A DNA stretch of 25,211 bases from a virus (lineage: Duplodnaviria > Caudoviricetes), in the IMG/VR virus record IMGVR_UViG_3300037722_000865, positions 1 through 25,211 of that record, one strand, 5' to 3'. Below, piece by piece: positions 25,174 to 25,211 of this stretch. Positions within the stretch are counted from its first letter, which is position 1. Every line of letters starts with the position of its first letter. The notes beneath the pieces are model-generated. The model was given only the letters and a program-made list of their open reading frames with translations. It was not told the origin of the DNA and did no database searches. A program made the translations under genes and the position numbers.

Positions 25174-25211
25174 GGGGAAAACGATAAAAAGTGTGCTTTT
25201 TTTCAAAAATA

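Larger units (their letters stand above)
98..25211 (-). mobile_element. Prophage (lambda-like head, non-contractile tail), continuing beyond the right edge
   Basis: Colinear portal, protease, decoration, capsid, lysis, tube, chaperone, tape measure and tip genes next to a tRNA; no sheath gene seen. Confidence 0.95.

Overview
Left arm of a temperate, lambda-like siphoviral prophage that begins directly downstream of an intact tRNA-Leu(TAG). All credible protein genes are on the minus strand. Read right to left they are: an accessory cassette, the head module (gpW-like, portal, S49 protease, decoration protein, major capsid), a lysis cassette, the tail module (tube, chaperone with a GGGAAAG -1 frameshift, tape measure, tip proteins), a complete diversity-generating retroelement (DGR), an apparently chimeric second tail gene and a second accessory cassette. 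The DGR has an Mtd-like target with VR, avd, TR, a structured spacer and RT. TR (4785-4903) and VR (5315-5433) differ at 17 of 119 positions, every one a TR adenine. No integrase, terminase or replication genes are visible; they presumably lie beyond the right edge. Less familiar features are two related promoter/leader/regulator cassettes at the two ends of the structural region, a signal-peptide-like leader on the major capsid protein, a 5x9-bp repeat upstream of the head operon and a heptamer-repeat hairpin with G-U pairs. All product calls come from motif recognition and gene order; no database searches were run.
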